Below are positions 39,180-48,500 of a stretch of 64,000 nt of DNA, in pieces. This DNA comes from Myxococcota bacterium. GTDB lineage: Bacteria > Myxococcota_A > UBA9160 > UBA4427. The notes under the pieces are model-generated. The model was not told where the DNA came from. It searched no databases and saw nothing but the letters and a program-made list of their open reading frames with translations. Position 1 is the first letter of the stretch, and every line of letters begins with the position of its first letter. The DNA is taken from assembly GCA_965250285.1 (NCBI GenBank), contig OZ252299.1, positions 960,001-1,024,000 on the forward strand, in the 5' to 3' direction. The position numbers and the translations under genes are program-made.

Positions 39180-40763
39180 TCAGGGGTCGGTGACGGTGAT
39201 CGTGAGGGTCTGGTTGACGCCGAGCGCGCCCGCGAGCGGCGCCGTCTTGATGTTGAAGACGATCGTCTCGTCGTCGTCTTCCTGTTCGCCGTCGTCGACC
39301 AGCTCGAACGTGAACGTCGCCTCGGTCTCGCCGGCCGAGAGCACGAACACGACGTAGTCGAGGTAGTCGAGATCGCTGTCGGGCGTCTCGGCGTTGACGT
39401 CGCCCGCCGTGCCGCCGACGGCGGCCGTCACGAAGACGTCGTGGGTCTGCGCTGCATCGATCTGCATCGTCACGGTGACGGGCCCGGCGTTCTCGGGCAC
39501 CGTGATCGCCGACTCGGTGAAGTCGACGACGCCCCCGGGCGCGGGCGCGATCATGTCGATCGCACCGCTGGTCACCGGCGCACGTTCGCTGGCCGTGGCG
39601 CTGATCGTGTAGCCGTTGCCGAGCCCGTCGATCCGCAGATCGTCGAATGTCGCGACGCCGTCGACGGCCGAGGCGGTGAGCGTGCCGTAGAGCCGGGCTT
39701 CGACGAAGGCGAGGCCCTGGCCGTCGGCGCCATTCACGAGATCGATGCCCCCGTCGGTGATCGACCCGTCGTCGAGGTCGATGGTCACGAGCCGCCTCGG
39801 GTTGCTCGTGTTGTCGCCCTCCACGCCGTACAGCACACCCGTGTCGGGGTGTGCGGCCATGGCGGGCATTCTGGTCGTGGTGTCGCCGATGAAGCGGGCC
39901 GTCAGGGCTTCGGGGTCGATCTCGACGAGCGCGTGGCCGATCGGCGTGGCGCCGTTCATCACGGCCGTGGCGTAGAGGGTGCCGACGTCGGGATCGCTCG
40001 GGTCGATGCGCATCGCCATCGAGCTGAAGTAGAGGATGTCGCGCGGCTCGTCGAGATCGGTCGGGGTGAGCGTGCCGATGTCGGTGAGCTCGCCCGTGTT
40101 CGGATCGATCTCGAAGAGCGAGTCGGTGTTCGAGCCGGGGAAGAACTTGTTCACGACGCCGAAGAGTCGGCCAGAACCGCCGACCTCGAAAGCCATCCCC
40201 GCGACCTTGGGCGCCGTGCCGTCGCCGACGAGCGTCGCTTCGCCGCTGCGCGGGTCGCCGCGATAGAGGTTGTCGATGGCGCGATTCACCAGCAGGTAGC
40301 GATCGTTCGCGGCATCCCACGTCATCGAGGTCGGCGCGTCGAGGCGCCAGTTCTCCGCGAGCATGTAGCGTTCGACCGGGCCGCCGGGGGCCAGCACGTC
40401 GATCAGCTCGAGCATCCGCCCGGTCGTGTCGGTCGTGTTCGGGTTCTGGATGCCCGAAGCATGCAGCAGCAATGCGCCCGGGTTCGCCTCGAGCGCGAGC
40501 GTGACCGTGTCGGTGGCCGTCTCGATGCGGTTGCCCGCGTCGTCGACGATCTCGACCGTGACCGGCTCGTCCACGAAGCCACGCCGAATCGGAGAGAAGG
40601 CGGTGGGAGTCGACTCGGGCGCGTGCTCGAAGCGCAGCGCGCCCACGACCTGCGGTGGCGCCGTCCCGTCGTCCTTGCAGGCGAGCGCGAGCAGCATCAC
40701 CGCCGCGAATGCGGCCGTGAGCCATGGCGTCACGCGGGCGAATCGGCGGGCCGGTACGGCCAT
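39180..40763 (-). CDS. Lipoprotein: Ig-like domain + beta-propeller-like region + Calx-beta domain
   Basis: LALAC lipobox; xIDPxTG repeats; C-terminal V.EN.G...GTA...DY...F...DD...E.DETI pattern of Calx-beta. Confidence 0.8.
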   Translation of the reverse strand: MAVPARRFARVTPWLTAAFAAVMLLALACKDDGTAPPQVVGALRFEHAPESTPTAFSPIRRGFVDEPVTVEIVDDAGNRIETATDTVTLALEANPGALLLHASGIQNPNTTDTTGRMLELIDVLAPGGPVERYMLAENWRLDAPTSMTWDAANDRYLLVNRAIDNLYRGDPRSGEATLVGDGTAPKVAGMAFEVGGSGRLFGVVNKFFPGSNTDSLFEIDPNTGELTDIGTLTPTDLDEPRDILYFSSMAMRIDPSDPDVGTLYATAVMNGATPIGHALVEIDPEALTARFIGDTTTRMPAMAAHPDTGVLYGVEGDNTSNPRRLVTIDLDDGSITDGGIDLVNGADGQGLAFVEARLYGTLTASAVDGVATFDDLRIDGLGNGYTISATASERAPVTSGAIDMIAPAPGGVVDFTESAITVPENAGPVTVTMQIDAAQTHDVFVTAAVGGTAGDVNAETPDSDLDYLDYVVFVLSAGETEATFTFELVDDGEQEDDDETIVFNIKTAPLAGALGVNQTLTITVTDP

Positions 40764-40905
40764 CGGGTCGTTTCCTCTCTCTTTCCGGGGGTCTTGGGCC
40801 GTCGGGGCGGACCGGGTCGGGCGCTGCGCGTTCGAGCCGGGCGACCGACCGGGCGCGGAGCGTATCAGGTCGCCGCGACCGCCGACACGCGTGGCGAGGC
40901 CGCCT

Positions 40906-40962
40906 TCAGGCGGCGCCTTCGTGCTCAGGCGGCGCCTGCGCGTTCAGCCGGCGCCTGCGCGC
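40906..40962. repeat. Degenerate 19-bp tandem triplication of a gene 3' end
   Basis: tcaggcggcgccttcgtgc (40906), tcaggcggcgcctgcgcgt (40925), tcagccggcgcctgcgcgc (40944; holds the stop of the DsbA-like gene). Confidence 0.8.
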
Positions 40963-41651
40963 TCGGCGCGCACCTTCTTCGCCCAGCGGCGAAAGATCGA
41001 CTCCATGGTGGCGTCCTCCTGGATCCCTCCGAAGGGCCAGCTGTCGAGCATGAAGGTGGGTACGCCGGTCACGGCCTGGTCGGCCGCGTGGTGTGTCCAC
41101 GCGTCGAGCGCGTCGAGGGCGACTTCGAGCTCGCCCTCGCTGCAGCGCAAACCGAATTCCTCCGCCATTTCGAGCGCGGCCTCGAGGCCCTCGCGCGGCC
41201 GCCCTTCGTCGAAGACACGAGTGAAAACCCGCTCGCGCAGGGTCGGTTCCGCTCGACTTCCCGTTGCTCGATCGGTTGCGAGTTGATGGAGCGTGAGGCC
41301 GTGCCACGCCCGCGAGTCGAGCCAGCGGGTGGGGATCTGGACCGGCACCCCCAGCACGTCGGCGATCCCGCGGACGTGATCTCGCCGATCGCTGGCCACC
41401 GGGTGACCGCGCCGCCAGCCCAGCAGGGTCGACAGGTCGATCGGGATCCATACCAGCTCGATCCCGAGCTCGTCGATCAGCGGCGCCATCCGGCTCATCA
41501 CGCGGTGTCCGACGTGACACAGACTCGACGCGAAGTCGTAGTAGACGACGATCTCGACCGGCGCGTCGGCCGCCAGGGGCGGCGCAGGCTGCGGGCGGGG
41601 CGGCCCGAACGCGCGCGCGCCCGACGGGGTCGGGTCGACCGAGTCGGTCAA
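40944..41651 (-). CDS. DsbA/FrnE-family thioredoxin-fold protein
   Basis: YYDFASSLCH, VTGVPTF; TTG start overlaps the upstream TGA. Confidence 0.8.
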   Translation of the reverse strand: MTDSVDPTPSGARAFGPPRPQPAPPLAADAPVEIVVYYDFASSLCHVGHRVMSRMAPLIDELGIELVWIPIDLSTLLGWRRGHPVASDRRDHVRGIADVLGVPVQIPTRWLDSRAWHGLTLHQLATDRATGSRAEPTLRERVFTRVFDEGRPREGLEAALEMAEEFGLRCSEGELEVALDALDAWTHHAADQAVTGVPTFMLDSWPFGGIQEDATMESIFRRWAKKVRAERAGAG

Positions 41652-42139
41652 GTGTGTGCGGGCGGGGCGGCGTCGATCCGCTCGGCCAGGCGCCGATGGT
41701 CGACCATGATGCAGCGGTCCTGGATCACGTCGATGCCGGCCTCGCGCAGGCGACGGGCCGACGGCCCGTGGTGGATGCCGAGCTGCAGCCACACCGTCTT
41801 GGGACGCGGCTCCATGGCGAGAATCTCGTCGACGTGGCCGGGGACGTTCTCCGATGCACGGAAGACGTTGACCAGGTCGACCCCGAGGTGCGCCGCGTCG
41901 ACGGCTGCGAGGTCGGGGTAGGCGTCTCGGTCGAGCACGCGTTCGAGCTTCGGGTTCACCGGCACGATCGTGTAGCCGTGCTCCGCCATGTAGGTGGGGA
42001 TCCGGCAGGCGTCCTCGTCCGGCGCATCCTTCATCCCGACCACCGCGATGGTGTGCGCCTCGCTCAGCACGCGCACGAGCAGTTCGTCCAGATCCGACTC
42101 GGAGGGGGGGCGCGCGGCGGGCGCGTCGTTCGGGCTCAT
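41648..42139 (-). CDS. CoA-binding domain protein (YccU-like)
   Basis: TIAVVG, PVNP, DLVNVFR, WLQLGI, DRCI. Confidence 0.92.
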   Translation of the reverse strand: MSPNDAPAARPPSESDLDELLVRVLSEAHTIAVVGMKDAPDEDACRIPTYMAEHGYTIVPVNPKLERVLDRDAYPDLAAVDAAHLGVDLVNVFRASENVPGHVDEILAMEPRPKTVWLQLGIHHGPSARRLREAGIDVIQDRCIMVDHRRLAERIDAAPPAHT

Positions 42140-42349
42140 GTCGATCCTCTCGGTCGGCGATCGCGTCGTCGTGGCCGCTTCGCGCATCGTCTCGGTCGAC
42201 GGGCGCCACACCCGGCGGATGTCGAGCCGGCCGCGTGCCAGGATAGATCGCCTGGGCCGGGGCTCAAATCGGTTCGTGGATCGGCGGGCCTCGTCGCCGG
42301 CGTCCCCTCCCATCGACACGCCCGACGCGAATCGTTAGCGTCCGCGGCC

Positions 42350-43783
42350 ATGCAGAGCCGCATCAGGCCTTCGGGCCGCCGTCTTCGCCCGTTCGTCGAT
42401 CCGTCTGCTCCGACGCGGCTCGGCGCTTTTCTTTCTCTCACGATCTCGATCGGTCTCGCGTGGGCCCTCGCAGCGCCGACGGCGCTGGCCGACGACGGGG
42501 TGCGCGACCCCGCCGACGGGCTGCAGGTCACGACGCTCGAGAACGGGCTGACGGTCCTCACGCTCGAAGATCACACGACGCCCGTCGCCTCGCTCCAGGT
42601 CTGGGTGAAGGCCGGTTCGCGAGACGAGTCGTTCTATACCGGCATCGCGCACCTCTTCGAGCACATGATGTTCAAGGGCTCGAAGAACATCGGCCCCGAA
42701 GAGCACGCCCGTCTGGTCGGCAGTCGAGGGGGTCGCATCAATGCCTACACCAGCCGAGACGTCACCGTCTACTTCGAGGACGTGACCAGCGAGTCGCTGC
42801 CGCTCGTCATCGACCTCGAGGCCGAGCGTTTCGGCAATCTCGACATCAATCAGGAGACGCTCGACAAGGAGCGTGAAGTCGTCCTCGAGGAGCGGCGCTT
42901 GCGCACCGAGGATCAGCCGAGCGGGCTCGCCTTCGAGGCGCTCGCGGCGACGCTCTGGCAGTCTCATCCGTATCGCTGGCCGGTGATCGGCTGGCGCAGC
43001 GACATCGAAGCCGTGACCGTCGAGGCATGTCGGACGTTCTTCGATACGTACTACGCGGCCAACAACCTCGTGTTGGTGATCGTCGGTGACTTCGACACGG
43101 CCGAGACCCTCGATCGTGTGCGTCGGTCATTCGGTGTGCTGCGAACGGCCGAGTCGATCCCGCGCAACCCGACGACCGTGGTGCCGGCGCGCGGCGAACG
43201 ACGCGCAATGGTGCACGACGACATCCGCGCCCCGCTCATGTACGCCGGCTATCACGCTCCGCCCACAGGCCACGCCGACGCCGAAGCGCTCGACGTCGCG
43301 AGCATGATCCTGTCGGCCGGGCGTTCGAGCCGGCTCTACCAGAAGCTCGTCTATCGCGATCAGATCGCGCTCGAGGCGGCGGGTGGGTACATGGAGCTGC
43401 ACGACGCCGGGCTCTTCTATGCGGTGGCGGTCGCTCGGCCCGGCGCCGACCTCGATCAAGTCGAGGCCGCGTTCTTCGCCGAGCTCGAGTCGGTGAAGCG
43501 TGACGGCGTCACCGAAGAAGAGGTGGCCAAGGCGAAGCGCCAGCTCGAGGTCTCGCTGCTCGCGGGCCTCGATACGGCCCACAGCCTCGCCAGCCGGATC
43601 GGCGGCGAGTGGGTGGCGTTCGGTCGCGTGCGCTCGCTCGACGAACGCCTCGCGGCCATCGAGGCCGTACAGCCGGCCGACGTGCAGCGTGTGCTGCAGA
43701 CCTATCTCGTGGACGACCAGCGCACGGTGATCCATGTCGACGCGCCGCCGCCGCCTCCGGCCGACGCGGCAGGAGAGCAGTAG
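42350..43783 (+). CDS. M16 (pitrilysin) peptidase, active subunit
   Basis: AHLFEHMMFKGS (HxxEH), NAYT, EERR; N-terminal signal peptide. Confidence 0.94.
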   Translation: MQSRIRPSGRRLRPFVDPSAPTRLGAFLSLTISIGLAWALAAPTALADDGVRDPADGLQVTTLENGLTVLTLEDHTTPVASLQVWVKAGSRDESFYTGIAHLFEHMMFKGSKNIGPEEHARLVGSRGGRINAYTSRDVTVYFEDVTSESLPLVIDLEAERFGNLDINQETLDKEREVVLEERRLRTEDQPSGLAFEALAATLWQSHPYRWPVIGWRSDIEAVTVEACRTFFDTYYAANNLVLVIVGDFDTAETLDRVRRSFGVLRTAESIPRNPTTVVPARGERRAMVHDDIRAPLMYAGYHAPPTGHADAEALDVASMILSAGRSSRLYQKLVYRDQIALEAAGGYMELHDAGLFYAVAVARPGADLDQVEAAFFAELESVKRDGVTEEEVAKAKRQLEVSLLAGLDTAHSLASRIGGEWVAFGRVRSLDERLAAIEAVQPADVQRVLQTYLVDDQRTVIHVDAPPPPPADAAGEQ

Positions 43784-45244
43784 ATGCGGCGCCTCAGTGA
43801 GTTCGTAGACGGCTCCTCGATGAAGGCGATGGGCGCGGTGGCGGCCTCGGCGCTGTTCGCGCTCGGCTGTGCTCAGCTCGGCGGCCCGAAGCCGGCCTGG
43901 GAGCAGGAGCCCCCCGCGGCCAACGCCGCGCCGATCGTGGCCGAGGGGGCGCTGACCCAGATCGCGCTCGAGAACGGTCTCGAGCTGATGCTGCTCGAAG
44001 ACGACCGGCTGCCGCTCGTCTCGGTCGGGCTCACCTTCAAGCGCGGCGCGGGCATCGAAGCTCTCGACCAGGCCGGCGCTGCTCGGTTCACCGCAGAGCT
44101 GATGAACCGCGGCGCGGGCGATCTCGACGCGACCGCGCTCGCCGAGCGGGTCGATGCCCTCGGCGCCACGCTGACGATCACCGCGGGTTGGGATTCGATG
44201 TCGATCGGCCTGTCGGGTCTGTCGCGAGATACCGACGCGCTGCTCGAGGTCCTCGATGCGGTGGCGCGGCAGCCCCGCTTCGACGAGGCCGAGGCCGAGG
44301 CGACGCGGGCCCAGCAGATCGCTGGGCTGCGCAGTCAAGAGGATGATCCGTCGACGCTCGCGCGCCGCGCGGCCATGGTCACGCTCTACCAGGGGCATCG
44401 ATACGGCCTGCCGGCCGATGGCACGCTCGAGACGGTGGCGAAGCTCGACGCCGACGTGGCGCGCGAGCTGCACGGCCGCATCTTCCTGCCGAACAACGCG
44501 ATCTTCTACGCCGTGGGCGACTTCGAGAGCGCGTCGATGAAGGATCGAGTGCGCTCGCGCTTCGAGGGTTGGAGCGCCGGCGACGTGCCCGAGCCCGTCG
44601 CGCCGCCGCCGTCGCCCACGCCGACCGAGATGCGCATCGTCATCGCCGACAAACCCGATCTCGTGCAGGCGCGCATCATCCTGGCGCACGAGGGCATCTC
44701 GCGCACCGACGACCGCCGCATCGGCGCCGGCCTGCTCGACGACGTGCTCGGCGGCAGCGGCTTCTCCTCACGCATGATGAAGGAGCTGCGGTCGAATGAG
44801 GGCTTGACCTACGGTGTCTACTCGGGCTTCGCCATGCGTCGACAGCCCGGCCCCTTCGCGGTCAGCACGTTCACGCGTGTGCCCGAGACGCGGCGTGCGG
44901 TCGACATCCTGCTCGAGCAGATCGAAGCGATCCGGTCGACGCAGCCGGTCACGGTCGATGAGCTGGCCCACGCCAAGAGCTACTCCGTCGGGCAGTTCGC
45001 GCTCGGCCTCGAGACATCGGAGGCCGTCATGGGCTCGCTGGTGAACCTCGAGGTCTATGGGCTCCCGGCCGACTCGCTCGACACGTACCGCGCCCGCGTG
45101 AACGCCGTGACGGTCGAAGAGGTGCACACACTCTCCCGCGAGCTGCTGCATCCGACCCGCATCGCCGTGGTCCTGCTCGGCCCCGCCGAAGCCTTGATCC
45201 CCCAGTTCGAAGGCCTGGGCAACATCGAGACCATCACCCCCTAG
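43784..45244 (+). CDS. M16 peptidase, inactive subunit (lipoprotein)
   Basis: ALGC lipobox; no HxxEH; LGG.GFSSR...LR...GLTY. Confidence 0.92.
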   Translation: MRRLSEFVDGSSMKAMGAVAASALFALGCAQLGGPKPAWEQEPPAANAAPIVAEGALTQIALENGLELMLLEDDRLPLVSVGLTFKRGAGIEALDQAGAARFTAELMNRGAGDLDATALAERVDALGATLTITAGWDSMSIGLSGLSRDTDALLEVLDAVARQPRFDEAEAEATRAQQIAGLRSQEDDPSTLARRAAMVTLYQGHRYGLPADGTLETVAKLDADVARELHGRIFLPNNAIFYAVGDFESASMKDRVRSRFEGWSAGDVPEPVAPPPSPTPTEMRIVIADKPDLVQARIILAHEGISRTDDRRIGAGLLDDVLGGSGFSSRMMKELRSNEGLTYGVYSGFAMRRQPGPFAVSTFTRVPETRRAVDILLEQIEAIRSTQPVTVDELAHAKSYSVGQFALGLETSEAVMGSLVNLEVYGLPADSLDTYRARVNAVTVEEVHTLSRELLHPTRIAVVLLGPAEALIPQFEGLGNIETITP

Positions 45245-45532
45245 CCCAGCCCCCGACCCACCTCCCCCCGCAAAGTCGCGAAGCGACGAGCGCGAACGAG
45301 CGTGCCCGTTCGGCGCACCCACCCCACCTCACGGTCGAGAGACGAGGGCTCGCCTGCCCGCCTCGGGATTTTCGGGTGGCGCCCGCAAGTTGGAGGCGGG
45401 CGCCGAAGCTGCTCACGCCGCCGTGGAGCCCGCGGCGAACCGCTCCCGCAAGGCCAGCCCGCCGGAATCTGAGGACGACACCCGATCATCCCGACCCGGG
45501 CACCCAACTCTCGTCCTACCCAGCCCCGACCC

Positions 45533-48500
45533 TCAATCCCCGAAGATCTCGAGAATGTCCGTCCCGCGCACGTACCGCGACGGATGCACCGCCTCGGCCA
45601 GCTCGTCGACCGAGATGCCGTCGGGTCGGATCTGCGCCAGCCAGTCGGCCTGGATCGGTCGGTACTCACCCGGCGTGAGCCCGAGGGCGCGGTGGTGGTC
45701 GAACAGCGCGTCGAGGTCTTCGAAGATCTGATACGCATCGAAGAGCGAGCTCGGCCGGTTCTTCACGTAGCGGCGGAACTCGAAGCCGACGACGCGCCGG
45801 GTGCCGCTCGAGCGGCGGTAGCGATCGAGCGCGTCGGCGAGCACGGCTCGCACCGCGCCGGCGCGCACACCGTCGACACCGAAGACGCGCTCGTAGAGCT
45901 TGATCGACTGTTCGGCGTCCTGCGCGAGCAGGCGGGGCTGGGCGACGGTGACGAGGCCGTCTCGGCGCGGCGAGTCGGTGCCGATGTCGTCGATGATGCC
46001 GGCCCCGTCGAGATAGCGGTGCCACTCCTTGACGGTGCGGTCACGCGGCCGCACGGCGAGCTCTCTCAGCCGCCTCGGGTCGGAGACGCGCCACTCGCTC
46101 GGCATCCAGGGCGCGGGCGGGGGCGCGATCTCGTCGCCGACGAACGTGCGGCTCGTGTCGTCGCGGGACGGTCCGAACGCATGCAAGGCGGGCAGTGCGA
46201 TGGGCGCGTCGGCGAACTGCCAGTCGAAGTCTCCCGCGACGAGTGGGTCGTTCTCGATGTTGATCGCCGTCAGCGCGAAGCCCGTGAAGTTCGGATCGGT
46301 GATCTCGGGGGGGTTGAGAATGGCCAGCGAAGGGCCGCGGCCGCTCGCCACGAGCTGCGGCGGGACGTTCATCGAGAACGTGTTCGCGACGAAAGAAACG
46401 CCCGCATCGCCGAGCCGGCGTCCGTCGGGCGTCAGGTAGCTGCTGCCGCGGCGGCGGATGATGTCGATTTCGCCGATCGACTCGTCGACGTCGAGCACGA
46501 TATCGAGCGCGGCGATGTCACCGACGGCCACTCGATCCCTCGAATACGCCTCGAAGCCACCCTGGACCGCGATCTTCTGGCCCTGGCCGACGCGGAAGCC
46601 GTCGCGCGTGAAGAACGTCAGCTGCTCGCCGCCGTCTTCCGGGTCGGCGTCGGCCTTGTAGATACTCGAGACCTCGGGAATGACCGTGACCTCGACGTCG
46701 AGGTTGGCGAAATCCTGAGACGGCGCGACGGCGATGATCTCGGTGTCGACAGCGAAGACGTACTGGTCTTCGACGCTGTCGAATGCGACGGCATCGAGGC
46801 CTCCGTCGTCGGCGTCGAAGCGCACGCGGATGCTGTCGAACCAGTGCCGCGTGATGTCGTTCACAGCGTCTTCGTCGGCCAGGGCGCTCCAGGCCACCGT
46901 GATCGCGTCGCCCAGCTCGTTCGTGATCACCTCGCTCGAGATGCCGCGGCAGTCGCCCGAGCCGTCGCCGAGCTGGCAGCCTACGTCTCCGCCAAACTTG
47001 ATGGTGCCGCGCGTGATGAAGTCGAGGCCTGACGAATCGTCGACGTCGGTCGAGGCATTGAGCACGTCGCCCCCGAACGTGATGTCTGCGCCGCGCAGCT
47101 CGATGTTGCCGTAAACGAGCACCTCGCCATCGAAGATCTGCTCGTTCGTCGTCTCGATCAGCGTCTCGATGGTGTCGGGGTCATCGTCGACGTCCATGTC
47201 GAAGACGCTGCCGAGCTCGATCGTCAGTGTGTCGTCGGCGGCATCGGCGGCTTCCCGTACCTCGAGGCTCGTCAGCGTGAGCCCCTGAAGCAGCGTCTCG
47301 GGGACGTCGATCTGCACCGAGTCGAGGCCCTCGAGCACGAGGGCCGTGCCCTGCACCTTGTCGGCGGTGTCGACGCCGACCTGGATCGTCGGGTCGACCT
47401 CGTTGCCCTGATACAGCTTCAGCGTGTAGTCGACGCCGACCAGCCCATCGGTGAACTGGAAGAAGTCGGGGAGGTTCTGCGCGCCCCCGCCATTGCCATC
47501 CGGTGCCTCGAGGAACGAGCGCGCCTGCTCGATCGTGAACGCCAGAAGTGGCGCGCCGGGGTTCGAGTTCGCCGCGAAGAACACGTCGCCGTTCGCGTCG
47601 ACGATGCCGTCCCCCCCGCCGGGCGTGCTGCCCGCGATCAGTTGAATCTCGTCACCGATCAGAGCGCCCCGGTCGATCCCCGCGTCGACGAAGTCGACGT
47701 CGAGCGTCGTCGCCGTCGCCGAGGCCTGGTCGATCTGGATCAGGCCGGGTCGGTCGTCGGTTTCGTCGTCATCGTCATAGAAGCCGTTCACGTTGGCGAG
47801 CAGCAGAAAGCGGCTCGCCCGAATGTTCGGCAGGTCGTCGATGTAGATCCCGCGGCGGTTCGACTGCAGGGTGTACGAGAACAGCGAAGGGGTCGTCGAG
47901 CCGTCCTGCGGATCGAGATTGATGAACTGCGTCGCCTGGACGGGCAGCGTGAGATCGACCGAGCTGGCCTCGCGATCGCGGTTGCTGTTCACCCAGGCGT
48001 CCTGGACGATCGTAAAGCGATCATTGTTCGTGTTCTGCCGGATCGAGTCGGGCAGGTCGTCGGGCTGCAGGAAGTTGAAGACCGGCGCGTTCGTGCGCGC
48101 GTCGACGTAGGGCAGCAGCACGTTCGACGAGCCGAGGTTCGAGGGGCCGAACGCGCCGAGGCGAATGTCCTCTGACTGAATCTCGACGTTGTCGTAGAAG
48201 GTGAGATTGCCGATCCCGCCCCCACCGGCGCGCAGCGAGACGAAGTCGGCCCCCTGAAGCGTGATCGGCTGCGTGGCGCTGCCGACCTGCCAGTCGTAGT
48301 CGGACGTCGCGTCGAACGACTCGGTGAAGAAGACCGGGGCCACGCCCTTGAAGAGGATGAAGCGGGCCGACTTGTCGGGGTTCTGTGGGTCGTCCTGGAT
48401 CGACGAAGGAATGAAGGCCTGGATCACGCCGCCAAACACGCGGTCGGGCACCAGCTCGATGTCCCCGTGGAAGCTGGTCAGCGACAGGGTGGTGCGGCGC

